The notes: generated from the letters alone by a model not told the origin. 64,000 nt of DNA from Botryllus schlosseri (GCA_051294905.1 CM119371.1:28088001-28152000); one strand, 5' to 3'. Counted from the first letter of the stretch, positions 38,453 through 51,069 are shown. Numbers and translations are program-made.

Positions 38453-40514
38453 CTGTACCACCATTCTATCGCCTACATGCTATCCGTGCACGCTCAGCGC
38501 CTGGCGGAATAGCCGCAGATCCCAGTTTTCGAGTTTTCTGACCGGGTCAAGAAGCCGGACGCATCCCCATTATGTTATCTCGCTCGGAAGAGACAATACA
38601 AAACGGCAAACAAATTGGCCGAACAAAGATTAGTCACAATTGTCAACTCGAAAATGAGGGTGTAACAGCGCTCATCGTGAAAAGAATCAAATTGGGAACA
38701 TCCACGTTGCATTACACGCATTACACCAGTGGTTCTTAACCGACCTACCACGGAGCACTAGGGGGTGCCATGAGTCAGTCTCGGAGGTTCCGCAGAGGGC
38801 AAGATACACGCTCAAATTTCGCATATGATTTGTGATGATACGCATATCTTGACCATCATTGGTTGCATGCCCGATCTGTAGCCGAATTGTGACTGTTGTT
38901 GTGGTAGTAAGTACGTCGTATGCTGTGACGTGCGCAGAGGAGGTTGAGGTTTGTATTCGAAACCCAGAACTTCCGAAATACCAATGTTATCTCAAATTTT
39001 TATAAGCTTATTTGAAATGAAACAGTTGGTATCTCCATCTCGGTGTTGCGTTTCGGCCAAACAATACGATGTCACTTTGCAAGGCGGATTACCACCGCAT
39101 ATTAAAATTGGTATCTGAAGGGGAACCGCAGAAATCGCACTGATTTAAATATTGGGAAATATTGATCAATGGCTGCGAACGCGCACCGACAGTGTTACGT
39201 AGGAACAGGAAATGGTTGGCATAAATATACAATCGATTGGTGCAGCGCTGGCGTCGCGGTATATGAGAAGATCTCATGTGAGGTTTGTCGCATAGAGTGG
39301 ATATAATTCAAAGCTGCAGTTTGATTTGCGCATTAAAATCAATAAATCATGTAAGACGTGACTTACGAAAAGATACAGGAGTAAGGAAATGGATACCGCA
39401 GCACGTCGCATGGTTTTCTTACGCAGTGGCACTTCAAAGGATATTATTCATTCCTGGCGGGTGGGATAACTTTGTCATACTAATCAGTCGCTTCAGCAGT
39501 TGGCTAGCGTTGTCGAGTCGCAAGAGCAGTAGTGTCGTGAGTGCTTGGATATTATTTATCTCGTGCTCAATTCTCAGGGCATTACAGTCGTTATGCTCTA
39601 CTGATTATAATCCTGCATCATTCATGTCTAGTTCAAATTTCAAATTTGTGATTGAGGAGTTGAATTCCAAATGCTATATTACTAGGAGTTACAATTACTG
39701 CCGTTGCAATACTAGCAGCATAAATCGATGTACAATGTCATAATTTTCCATAGTCTACATACAGATCCGCAGATGTAGAGCAATAAACAGCTATTTATAA
39801 TGTTTATGCAGTATGCTGATTTCATGACATGGGCTCTTGTAAATGACATTCAACGGTAATTTATCTCGGCCATCGGAACAAAAACCTCTATAGATGTAAT
39901 AAGTCCCACCCTGGCCAATGATTTATCTGTGATAATAATATGATAATGATCAATGTCCAATTGTCCATGATCGAATGAGTTACTCTGTTGGCTGATCCAT
40001 GTGAAAGGTGTAGGGATTTAAGTCACCCATTTAGTCAATCAGAGCTTGTTATTTAAAACTGCTGGTATATCTTGACAATTGCGAGTTCGTATGAAAACCG
40101 TGTATACAAATTGAGCCAACCTAGACCATGTTCAGATGTGGTTAATAATGAAATCCGTTAAGATTAGTGAATTAGCATATTCACTTGTTGTTCACTTTGA
40201 CTATAGTAGCCCACTCGCGTGCTCAAGTTTATACGGAATATTCCCCCTCCACTTCCAACAGTTTTCAAACAAATTCACCTATGTTTCGTCTTGTTGATGA
40301 AGCTTTCGTGTAGAAAATAGTATTTCGGTAGATTAGCACCACCGTCACGAGAGTAATTGCATAACAACCATACGATGTAGAGTCTGTGTGATCACATCGA
40401 ATTGTTTGAAAACGGAAGCAATTTCCATGGTCATTAGTCCAGATGTGGTGAAAGTAGTCACCGCCGCTACCTCAAGTAGAGGTATAAGCAACGCCGTGAA
40501 TTTTTACTGAAGTT

Positions 40515-41085
40515 TAAGACAAGTATTCTAAAAAATAACCTCGATTTACCGCGGAATGTTTTGAAGCACGGTAGCAAGACATTTTGTGGTAATGTAACAT
40601 TACCGTTAAGTAAATGTAAATTTAACTTACACTCGTCCAGTATCTCACTTTACACGCCAGACTGTAATGTTACAGTCACCTCCGGTATATCCAATCTACA
40701 AGCTCTCCTGTATATTTGCGACCGATACTGTAATTTTACCGCTTATCTACAACATGACGTCCGTGTAAATCAGGATTACATACGAGCTTGCAAATTCACG
40801 TACATCCATACCAATCGCAAAGCAACGTGGTGCTAAAATATCGCAAAAATTTCTTCACACTCCCAAAACGACATTGGAAAAAACTGTAAATTCATTCATG
40901 ATTCACGAAGAAATGGTTATCGATGGAAAAGTATTGCTGCTGGAGGTCTAATTCTTCTTTAGGAGACATGCAGTAGGCTAACACGAGTGGTCTCGAGAAA
41001 AGTTGAATTAATATAATATAAATAATTCCACCACCGGACAAACTGCCAATTGTTTCTTTTTCTCGTCTTTATTCCTTCTGTGTAA
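40515..41085 (-). mobile_element. Possible LINE endonuclease fragment present only in the ZF2 block
   Basis: ~580-bp extra segment relative to ~26985; minus strand shows RRNK..GGGIIYI and IRPP APE-like motifs. Confidence 0.4.
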
Positions 41086-41740
41086 ATAGTTTTGCCTAGA
41101 AAACTGAAAACTGTCTACCTCTCGCAGATGCAGAAATAGCCTAAAATGATAACCACTTTAGAAAGCAGTGCAGGTAGGTAGATTTTACTTGAAGAACATC
41201 GAATGTAAAAACACTTCGTTACTGCCTACCTATGCATTAGTCATTCTGCGCTGATCGTGAAGATGCATCTATACCTTCAGACTACGTACTTGAGTATACT
41301 TGACCGCATGTGGCTCTGTTCTATCGAATAGTGATCTTGTCATTTGTTGTTAATATTGTTTGTATATGCTCATTTACACCATGCCAATTTCCCTCATTAT
41401 AATTCAGTAACTGCCTACTCGTAGCACGGCATACTTCTAGACTTTTATAGCACACCGCTTACACTGATGGACGAGGAGTCAAAATAAAGCTCCAACACTC
41501 GGTTAGAAATTCTGGAGTCGACCTCGGTCGGATTCGAACCCGCAATACATTGGTGTTTGAAATGTGGGTTATAGCACTACGATATCTTGCTACCTATTGT
41601 GATCTTATGTGACTTTGAAAAGAGATCTTTCATGCAATCTTATGTTCATTTTAGAACGCAGCATTAGACAAGATTATACACTATATAGTAAATTATAGAA
41701 GCAGAACAGCTAGTAACAAGATTTTCTGGCCAAGTCGGAA

Positions 41741-43027
41741 ATGACGCATTCTCAAAGTCATAATGACCGCAACGAAAATAAATGCAAGGTTTGCGGAGAA
41801 GGATTCATCAACCGGTCTAGCTTGGGACTACACATGAAATTTCACGCTGCACTCAGCGACTTTGAGTGCTACATATGCGGAAAATCATTCGTCACCAAAT
41901 ATGGCGTGAGAATGCACATGAAAATTCACTCCGTTTCGAAAGAGTTTGAGTGCGACGTATGTGGAAAAAGCTATTTGCAAAAGTCTTGCCTGAAAACTCA
42001 TTTTACGTGCCACACGGGAAAGAAAGACTATAAGTGCGACATATGCGGGAAGACATTCAGCAGCAACTCCAAAATGAGAACACACGTAAAAATTCATTCC
42101 GCAGTAAAACAGTTTGAGTGCGAAATCTGCGGGTATGGCTTCGTAACTAAGTCTAAATTTAGGGCACATTATTTGCGTCATACAGGAGCGGCGAAAGATC
42201 ACGAGTGTCAAATATGCGGGAAAGGTTTCGAAATAAAATCGAAACTGGAAATTCATTATTTGATTCACACCGGAGAAAAAGAACACAAGTGCGACATCTG
42301 TGGGAAAGCTTTTCGTAAGAAGTCGCACATTAGGGAACACATGAAAAGGATACACTTAAATACGAGAGAATATGAGTGCGATATATGCGGGGAAGCTTTT
42401 GTGCACGAGTTTCACCTGAAATATCACTATTCCGTCCACATGGGACCAGGATACCTTTGTGAAGTATGTGGGAAACCATTTGTTATCGAAGCCAAGATGA
42501 GAAGACACATGAATAGTATGCACTTCGAATTGAAAGAGTTTGAGTGCGACATATGTGCGAGACCATTCGCGGCGAAATCCGTCATGAGAAGACACATGAA
42601 ACTTCACGCCGGATTGAAGGAGTGTGAGTGTGAGATTTGTGGTAAAGCATTCCATTCGAAGCGGTCCGCACAGAGACACACTGAGTCGGTTCACTTAGAA
42701 GCGAAAGGATATGAGTGCGACACATGCGGCAGTGTCTTTCGACATAAGTCTAACCTCGGAGCTCACTATTTCATCCACATGGAAAAGAAGTACCCGTGTG
42801 CAATCTGTGGGAAACTATTCAATGTCAAATCCTCCTTGAAAAAACACACCAAGATTCACTTGGGAGTAAAAGACTATGAGTGCGAGATTTGCGGAAAGAC
42901 ATTTGGTTCAAGGAGTTGTATTGTCCGTCACTTCCGAGTTCACGGAATCGACAGGAAGAAAGGATGCGATGAGTCCGTAAAACATTTCAGAGGCGGGTCT
43001 CTTAAAAAAAATCACTTATCTAGATGA
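41741..43027 (+). CDS. Tandem C2H2 zinc-finger protein ZF2 (14 fingers, 428 aa), recent paralog of ZF1
   Basis: 33 aa differences from ZF1 over 406 aligned residues (manual count). 22-aa C-terminal extension because the TAA of ZF1/ZF3 is AAA here. Confidence 0.93.
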   Translation: MTHSQSHNDRNENKCKVCGEGFINRSSLGLHMKFHAALSDFECYICGKSFVTKYGVRMHMKIHSVSKEFECDVCGKSYLQKSCLKTHFTCHTGKKDYKCDICGKTFSSNSKMRTHVKIHSAVKQFECEICGYGFVTKSKFRAHYLRHTGAAKDHECQICGKGFEIKSKLEIHYLIHTGEKEHKCDICGKAFRKKSHIREHMKRIHLNTREYECDICGEAFVHEFHLKYHYSVHMGPGYLCEVCGKPFVIEAKMRRHMNSMHFELKEFECDICARPFAAKSVMRRHMKLHAGLKECECEICGKAFHSKRSAQRHTESVHLEAKGYECDTCGSVFRHKSNLGAHYFIHMEKKYPCAICGKLFNVKSSLKKHTKIHLGVKDYECEICGKTFGSRSCIVRHFRVHGIDRKKGCDESVKHFRGGSLKKNHLSR

Positions 43028-43334
43028 CATGGTCCTAGACAATTGAATTAGTCACATTCAGTCGACTGAAATCGGAATCTGACAGAACTACAATGACCGT
43101 GTTCTTTTCAAACGTACATTGGGGATTAGCCTACATGATATTAACAATAGCAATGGAATTCCACGCTCACGCTCGCTGATAGACAGTGAGCGTTGCTTAT
43201 AGTTGTTTTTCCCCTTTGTGATTCAGAGCCATTCCGCATCGTCAGACTTTACAAACTACTTGATTTTCAAATAGCGCAACCAAAACTAGAACTACTCGCT
43301 TTTCAAAACCCGCAACTAGAATTAGAACTAACGA

Positions 43335-45775
43335 GGGATGGTGTGAACCTCGGAAAGGTTCTGGTTGGTGTGAACGCGAACGTGACCCTCATGACGTCAC
43401 GTGACGTCATATTGCTAATTCCAACCCTACATTTCAGTGAAGTGAGAGTCCATGCCCCTATATTAATGTACACCAAGGGTCGGCAACCTACGGCCCGCGG
43501 GCCAGATCCGGCCCGCCAAGCGAAATCGTCCGACCCGCGACATAATAATTAGTTATCACACTAATGCGGCCCGAAGTTTCATAATGAGCTTCAATCTGCA
43601 GTGCAGCACTGCAAGAAAATAATGCGGCATTGGTACGATATAATAGTAGCCTGCATCGTATTAGTCAATTGTTACGCCATAAAACGAAGGTGGTTGAAGT
43701 AGGAGATGGAGTGGAGATAGACTAGACTGGATCAGTGCTTATCAATCTAGTGTATCTCGCAACCGAAGGTGTTCTATACTTTTTTAAAGGGTTTACCACT
43801 CTAATGGGGTGTGACTATAGAGGTGTCCTTCATTTGCTTAAAAAACGCTTGGAACATCTCAAACGCAATGACAGAATCTCAAACTGTTCAATTATAGATA
43901 ACAAGCCTCCATATGTTAGTTAGCCATCTATAGTTTAATTCTCCAGAAGGCATTGTGTGCCAAGACAACAAACCTGAATAGTGTTTTGGCCACAATGGTG
44001 AAAACTGGTAATATGAATTTTGTCTCATTAACTGAATCAGTTACGCCAGATATTACTAGGAGCAGAGAATCAATATGGCGATGTCCTGTAGGCCTATATC
44101 TGTCATGTTCGCGCATTAAGTCCAGCAGCTATGCTTACACGAGTGTATGAACTGAGAAATGAAGTACCAACTTTCCTCGAATATCGTCGACTCATAATCT
44201 TGTATTCGAAAATGGGTATCTCATCTTGCTTTCCTGGTACATTTAACGTCACATCTGAACAAATTGAATTTGCAACTTCAGGGGCAAAACTACTAAATAC
44301 ATGAGATGTTGAGGTGCATTCAAAACAAATCTGGGACTCTGGAAATGTCAACAGTACCAACACTACATTTGTAACTGTGATACGAAATTTAACTACTGAA
44401 TATTCACCCGCTTTTCCGACATTCCTTCTCTACAAAATGAATTCTGACTATTCAGTACTCCGTTTAATGTGGACGCCAATACCATTGCCTGAAAATTTCA
44501 AATGGGCCTTTCTCAAATGCGATGCAGTTGAATTGAATGACAAATTTCATACAAAGAGAATATCGCTGCATGACTTTGACAAAGAGTACGTTCTTGAAAT
44601 TGGTTTTTATCCCAGCTTGACAAACAATGCAAAAGAAATTGCATCGATTTTTGGAAGCACGTACGCATGTGAACAATAGTTTTGAAAAATGAAATTCACG
44701 AAGAGCAAGCTAAGATCACGTATTTCGGACGTCCATTTGGATAGGGTGTGATTATTCTTGTTTCATCTGACTTGTTACCAGAAGTTGAAAACCTTTCACG
44801 AAGCAAGCTGCGTCAATTGTAACATTTATTCTGTGTTGTTGAAGTGTAAATACATGTGTTTTCTGATTGGTATGATTGAGAATTGAGATTGCAGCAATGT
44901 AGGATAATATACCGAAGTGAGCGTAAAATATAGTACCAAGAAAAATTCCGGCCCGCCAAAAAGTTGTACGGCCCGCGACTAGCAAAAGGTTGCCGACCCC
45001 TGATGTACACGATACCTAGCGACGACTCGGGCCACATGATGCCACAATGCTGAAGTAAGTATTGACGTTTCAATCGTCGCCAAATGTATCAACTGGGACA
45101 ATCAAATGATATAATCATTCCATAAAATCAATATCTTCCGTCGATTTGCCAACAATCTCGACGAGGACTTGCCAGGGAATATAAGCTTACGCCTTGACGG
45201 TATAGAGGCAAGACCGGACTATGTATTCGGCGTATGAGTATTGCTACGTTGATATTGAGCGGAGTGTAAAACGGTTTTGCTATCGATATTGACCAAGTTA
45301 TACAGCAGTAGCCAACACCACATTCGTAGCCAACATATGAAATCAAGATTGACCCCATACGCCTACTAGATTTTTTACATCAAACAAAGATGTCAATTCC
45401 ATTGATTGGTTGAATAAGAGTCATTCGCTGACTACCTACAAGCAGTGTATTTCGCTCTTGATGTTGTGTGATTGCGAGTCAAGCTCACATCAGAGAGTTA
45501 CTTAATATTCGAGCAAACTTTTTTAACAAAGCAAGAAAATTTTTTGAGATTGTTTAGTGTTGAATATTATATGCTGCCCGCGCCAGGCAGATAGTGTTCC
45601 GCAGTTGAAATGCAATAAATTTCAACCAAAGATGGTATACTGAAGTGAAAATTGTAATATATGAAAAAGGTTCACAGTGCAGAACCTACCAAGGTTCGTT
45701 TGTGAACGTCAACCTCTGAATTTCTGAGGTTCACACACAGAACACGAAAGTGAACCTCACGTTCACAGCATTCCC
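43335..45775. mobile_element. Non-autonomous 8-bp-TSD element with GTGAAC subterminal repeats
   Basis: gggatggtgtgaac / gttcacagcattccc; perfect TSD actaacga; absent from the ZF1 block. Confidence 0.85.
43474..45002 (+). mobile_element. hAT Charlie/SPIN-type deletion derivative with transposase remnant
   Basis: TIR ca(a/g)gggtcggcaacc; perfect TSD atgtacac; LNLQLQGQ (~44265) and FGSTYACEQ*F*KMKFTKSKLRSRISDVHL (44650-44740). Confidence 0.92.
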
Positions 45776-46846
45776 ACTAACGACCATTAAAATCTCCAAC
45801 TATACTAAAACACAACTATTAGATATATCAGTGTTTCTTGACCGGTGTTTCCGGGCGCACAGTGTAAGTAATGTATCAAATGTGTAGTTATTCAGTAATG
45901 TGGTAGACTTTTGTTTTTGTGACTCACGGAAAGCTAGGCGTCCCCCGAAGGCTTGTAGATTAGCGTAGGGCAGACCTGGGCATTTTACTGGGCCAAATAC
46001 GGACCCCACAAAGTTGCTTGGAATTTTGAATTCTACATTTGAATGTGTACTAAAAACAAGGGCTGTACATGAATTGAACCGCAATTGCGTTTACCTTAAA
46101 GCAGTGGTTCCCAACCTTTTCCTACCATACGTACCACAGCGAGGTTTTATGCAGTACTCGCGTACCACCTACATAAGTTACGCCATGAAGAAATATCAAG
46201 TTAGAATCATGCGCGTCTCAGAAATGAAGGTATTTCTGGTACGTAAGGGCGATTCCAATAAATTTTTACTATACTGACCATCTAATGCGAGGTCAAAAAA
46301 TATTACATCATGCAACAAAGTGCATCATCACTAATTTTGTGTATAAGTTATTCGAAAACACCGCTTCCATCAGCTATGCGCCTGTTAATTCGATCGCGTA
46401 GGCTGAGAATGGATATATATTTCACAGTAACATCTGAAACTATACTAATAGCTTTAAAGGCTGTTTAGTGCTTATTTGTTCACCGTGGTTAAGTAGCAGT
46501 AGCAGTTCGTCGTATGCGTAATCTATATTCAAAATAAATTCGATATGACATGGGTAACTTTGAGTCGGGATTATGACATATAAGCACGCAGTTACTCGGC
46601 TGAGGCTCCGAGAAGTCGAACTAGGAAAACCTGCCAGTGAAACCACCAAAACAACAGAACCATATTACCACGCTACACGCCGCTCGGGATAGTGACCACG
46701 CTGTAACATTCTATACATTTTGGTGTCTTAATTCAATAGAATGAAGTGTCAGGGGGTTGGTGTGATTAAAAACAGTTAACAATGTTTCTTGTTTACCATT
46801 GTTTTGAATAATTACGTGGCGTAAACAGTAACACATCTACCTAGAT

Positions 46847-47628
46847 CAGTGGTTCCCAACCTTATTGTCTTCATTCCCCTCTTCAGATTTATTCCGAGTC
46901 TTCATTCCCCACTACCCTAAACTATCGTCGTATTTCCTTTCAACTATTGTCATTACGGGGCAGATATTTGTTTGTTTGAGTACACAAGACACACAACCAC
47001 ACCAGTACGCAAGACAATCGCCCTATAACTGCAACATAAAAATTATTGTGAACAGATACCGGTAACCCTCAAAATTCAGCGAATTCTTTATTACACGCCA
47101 TACTGGTCGTGCTCGATGCGTTTGTGACGCCATCATTGGTTATCCAGAGTCAATATCAGTTTTGTGAACAACACGCAATACAACTTTCGATATACATACA
47201 TTCCAGAGCAGTATACTGGTAACGGTAATCGTTCATGTGTCTCCGTAAATATGTAGACCATCCTGCATATAATGTAAACAAATGTGTCTATTCCCCACCA
47301 GAAACCATTGAATTCCCCACCGTTTGGGAACCACCAAAGTCACTCAACTATATGACAAGTCGTCCGAACGTATTTTCATGGAGCGAGAAATTTTGCACAA
47401 CTTGATGTTATGTAGTAGGGCGCGTAGCTACGAACGCCGGTTTAGGTTGAATTAATTGGAGTTTGCGGCGCAAATATGACTGGATGTGCTGCGAAAGGTT
47501 AAGAAAATGAAGCATCAAGGTAGGATAGCTCAGAAATAAGCAAAATAGTGTCTGATAGAGACTGTACTATTCTATTTCGCTTCCCAAGAAATCCAATCCT
47601 CAACGTTGAGTGACTTTGGGAACCACTG
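46847..47628. mobile_element. hAT MITE (cagtggttcccaa), paralogous to 37413-37899
   Basis: Perfect TSD acctagat; near-identical body in both duplicated blocks. Confidence 0.9.
47335..47618. mobile_element. P-like MITE inserted in the right TIR of 46847-47628
   Basis: 14-bp perfect TIR caaagtcactcaac; 8-bp TSD ggaaccac. Confidence 0.88.
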
Positions 47629-48289
47629 ACCTAGATGCTTGTGTTAACAACGTAATCAAGTGCTTCACTTTAGAAATTATTAGAAATGAATACACCGCCG
47701 TACATAGTGCAAACTTATGACTTAGCTCGCCAACGTTTTTCCTGCCATTCTCAGAAAAATAGTTGCCCATCAGTGACGTAGGGGTTCCCAAGTCACCGGA
47801 TGTTATGAACCGTAGGGAACTAGATTTCAGTCTCCTAGGCAACACATTACTTTCTATTTTATCGGAAATATCAGATATTGAATCGACATTTAAAAATAAC
47901 GAGGCTTCGAGTTTGAGTTGGGAGAGACTCCGACCCCAAAGAAACACCCGCTGGCTACGCATACGCACTGCACAAATATCATTCAACAAAACACCGGTAT
48001 CCCAATTCACGCAAAACGACGACACGCGTTTTCTAGTTGTTCGGCAACTAATATTTTATTCAAATGTGCTACTAGAACTACTGAATTTTCAAAATCCGCT
48101 ACTAGAACTGCTGCTTAGCTCTCTTCTCTGTTTCGTTGGATTACTCATTTTTGATGTGTTCTGGTTTCTTGATATATGCCCGAGTTTAGATTATTATTGT
48201 TTTGAATCTGTATTCGGTTGGAATCTGGTTCAAGAGAATCCCGCTACGTAGCACATTTTTTGAAGAGTGTTTCACTCACCGCGAATGGT

Positions 48290-48660
48290 TCGAACAGAAA
48301 CAAGAACAAGGAACGGCGAAAGCTGGATTTTGTAAGTCTGAGTGCAACAATGAATTTGCTTTCTCGGATATAAATGGAAAACCAATGTGTCATATTTGTC
48401 GAAGAACAGTTTTCGTGAGTCGTAACGAAGCGTAGAAGCTTAAAATGATACCACGACAGTTTCGTCTGGACTTATACTATTTATACATATTGCCTGATAT
48501 TAGAAAAAACCTTGCTAGCTAGGTGTCAAGCCCAGCAATCCATATTTCGAGGCATTGTAAAATTGCTGATGACGTTGCAGACACATCGTTCAAAATTGCT
48601 GGGAGTATCACTAAACCGTATAAATCTGCGAGAGAATGTGTGATATAACTAGAACGGTGC
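48290..48660 (+). pseudogene. hAT (GTF2IRD2/Charlie-like) transposase N-terminal remnant
   Basis: NEFAFSDINGKPMCHICRRTV zinc-finger motif followed by ADTSFKIA..KPY. Confidence 0.65.
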
Positions 48661-49169
48661 GAGTATTTGCTGTTTCACGAACTTAGCAGCAATGACAACT
48701 GTAACATACGTTTAATCGTTGCCTAGTCAACGACCGTACGTTATATTTGGATTGGATATTTGGCAATTTAAGTTTGGCTAGTCGAGAAGCTTGCCAACTC
48801 GGTCGCAATCGCAACCCTACCTTGCTTGTAATTACTTCCTACCTATCAAAGCCTACCCTCGAGACCCTGTCAATATAAACCACTGGTTCACACATAGGAA
48901 AGTAAGTTAAAGGGGCACTGCGCTCAAAAAATGATGTGGTCTCAAATTAAAGGGCAAAACGAAAAAAAAATTTTGGCCGCAGCCGTTTTCTTCAAAACGC
49001 CACCGTAATGGAGCTGCAATTTATTGAAATTTCCAGAAACGCACCCGGCTGCAGCTGTCGCGGCTCCGGGTAATTTCTTAACCCGTTACATGGCACGATG
49101 ACTTCATTGTCGCACTTGCCCGACGCGATTAGGCAGTCACGCAGAGGACGAACTTTAGATAGATGTCAG

Positions 49170-49628
49170 TCAATGTTATGAAGGAATCATGTCTTGCACA
49201 CCAAGGCGGCGCTCAACGTGCGGTGTTAAATCAGGAGGATTTGTGTCTGGAGCTTGTCATGACTCTATAGTCCTGGATATAAACGGCAATTTCCTGCATT
49301 CTTCACCTTTTCTCGCATGCTTTTATATAAATGCCTAACACTTTATAAATTGGGAGCATTATACTCTCCGTCATATATATGCTGCTATTCGTTTTCAGCA
49401 TTTTTTTCATTGCTGCAATGTACTTTGATATTTTCCAATTGCAGACAATATCGCTTGGTGTCTTGTCGACACATAGGCTACTGGAATGGATTATTTGATA
49501 GCGACGTTTTGGGTAGCAAAAGCAGAATGCCCTTGCCAGCCTGCATTGTGACTGCTATAAAGCAAAAGTACCCGAGTGATGATGGACTGTATGTCGGTTT
49601 CAAATGGCCGATAGAAAACGAACTGTGA
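49170..49628 (+). pseudogene. KolX-like accessory gene with P2X7 C-terminal (ballast)-like domain
   Basis: Last exon after ttgcag (49444) reads RQYRLVSCR..W..LGSKSRMPLPACIVTAIKQKYPSDDGLYVGFK; upstream remnant CLAHQG..AVLNQEDL. Confidence 0.75.
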
Positions 49629-49928
49629 TTGATAACACCGCGGCTCTCAAGTCGAAATCTGTTCAGTTACTGTATTAGGCAGTGAACTGGAGCTGTTTGC
49701 ATTCTATATTCCACCAATGGCTGCTGTGCCTGATACATCACTACTTCTCGGTATTTCAGCACAATTTTTAATAAATAATAAAAGAAACATCTGAGGACTA
49801 TATAGGCAGGGTATTACAACGGGGCAGTCAGTGGAAGAATGAAATTGAGCTAGTAAGCTACGCAGCACTGCGCAATTGCGCATGCCATACAACTCGAAGA
49901 TGTACGATAGAAATGTGTTGTATCTCAG

Positions 49929-51069
49929 TCATGTTCTAGAACAACGTTTTGAAAGTAATTCCTCGCAAGGGGAGGCTGGTTCAATGCTGGCTGGATGCAC
50001 ACTTCTTCTGGGGAAGTTGATGCCAGTGCGATTCTCAGCAGTTCGCCTCAAAAGCTCTCTTGCATAGTGGTTCGTCTTCTTTTCATACACGCTTTTCAAG
50101 ATCCACTCTTTTGCTGACCAAGAATAACTTTTTTTGTATCGTAGAACACCTGCTTAGAGTAACATTTGCAAACATTTCATCTGCACAGCAAACCTGCTTG
50201 TGTCACCGCCTGAAATCTACCAACATTCTCATTGTGGTCCAGGACATCCAGTTTGGTTTGTGCAAGCATCGTGTCACAAGTAAAATGAAGACGTTTAGGT
50301 GCAAATTTCAATATGACGTTGTGATAAACTTCCAACGAGCCTAAAAAAGGAAGGTGTGAAATTCAGTGATCTGACCATGCTCCGATAACTGGTGTGCAGA
50401 TGTGATGAGTCATAAAAGACAAATTACCAGTATGTTTGAACAGAGTCATCTGCTCCAAATCCCGGATCAAACTTTTGTTTTCTATCAAAGATTTCAATGC
50501 TTTGAAACTAGGAGATCCACATTGCAATATCTAGTTCTTAGGCTCTTATCCCCAGTCAAAGGGCCATATCTGCAGGAATATGTCTCCCTGTCAACTGTCC
50601 ACTCATGTTCGCCGGTGATGTGATGCAGAAGAGATATCCATTTTCTTTTTAGCACCTGCAATTGCATATTGTTATATAAAAAAGTTCCTAATATGTGATG
50701 TCAGACTTAGTTGATATGTAGACTTACACTGCTGACAGCACCACCACAAGTGATTAGTGATGCTTCTTGTCCATAGTAGCAAGTCTTCCATACCTTTCTT
50801 CTTACCCAGAGACACCAACTTTTTTTTCAGTCCTGAGAAATGGTTAGTAAGGCAAAAAAAGATTCAAATAATAACATCCAAGGCACGCTCCATACCAACT
50901 TTTCCATTGCAACACTGCTGGAGCACTCTGTTTTTTGGACCAATTGGACGTGGACAATCTTTTCAGTCTTCTCCATAAATGAATAAACCATATATTTTGC
51001 AGAAAACCCAGGTGAGTCCGATGAAACGGCACAACTTCTCGATGTCATTGCAGCTTGCAATAATGGCAA
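49929..51069 (-). pseudogene. Decayed Kolobok DDE transposase, spliced
   Basis: DSPGFSAKY..KIVHVQLVQ..SSVAMEK; WTRSITNHLWW; KWISLLHHITGEHEW; FKHTG|SLEVYHNVILKFAPKRLHF..LDHNEN across GT-AG introns (~50342-50428, ~50656-50727). Frameshifts and deletions present. Confidence 0.85.

Larger units (their letters stand above)
26505..47630 (+). repeat. Direct segmental duplication carrying ZF1 (~26505-37900) and ZF2 (~40033-47630)
   Basis: Continuous non-coding similarity upstream and downstream of both genes once copy-specific insertions are removed. Confidence 0.9.

Noticed and set aside
39285..39743. 152-aa ORF over conserved block A as an upstream coding exon
   Set aside because: The frame is not preserved in the 21240-21500 copy (stops and indels), and no known domain is recognisable.
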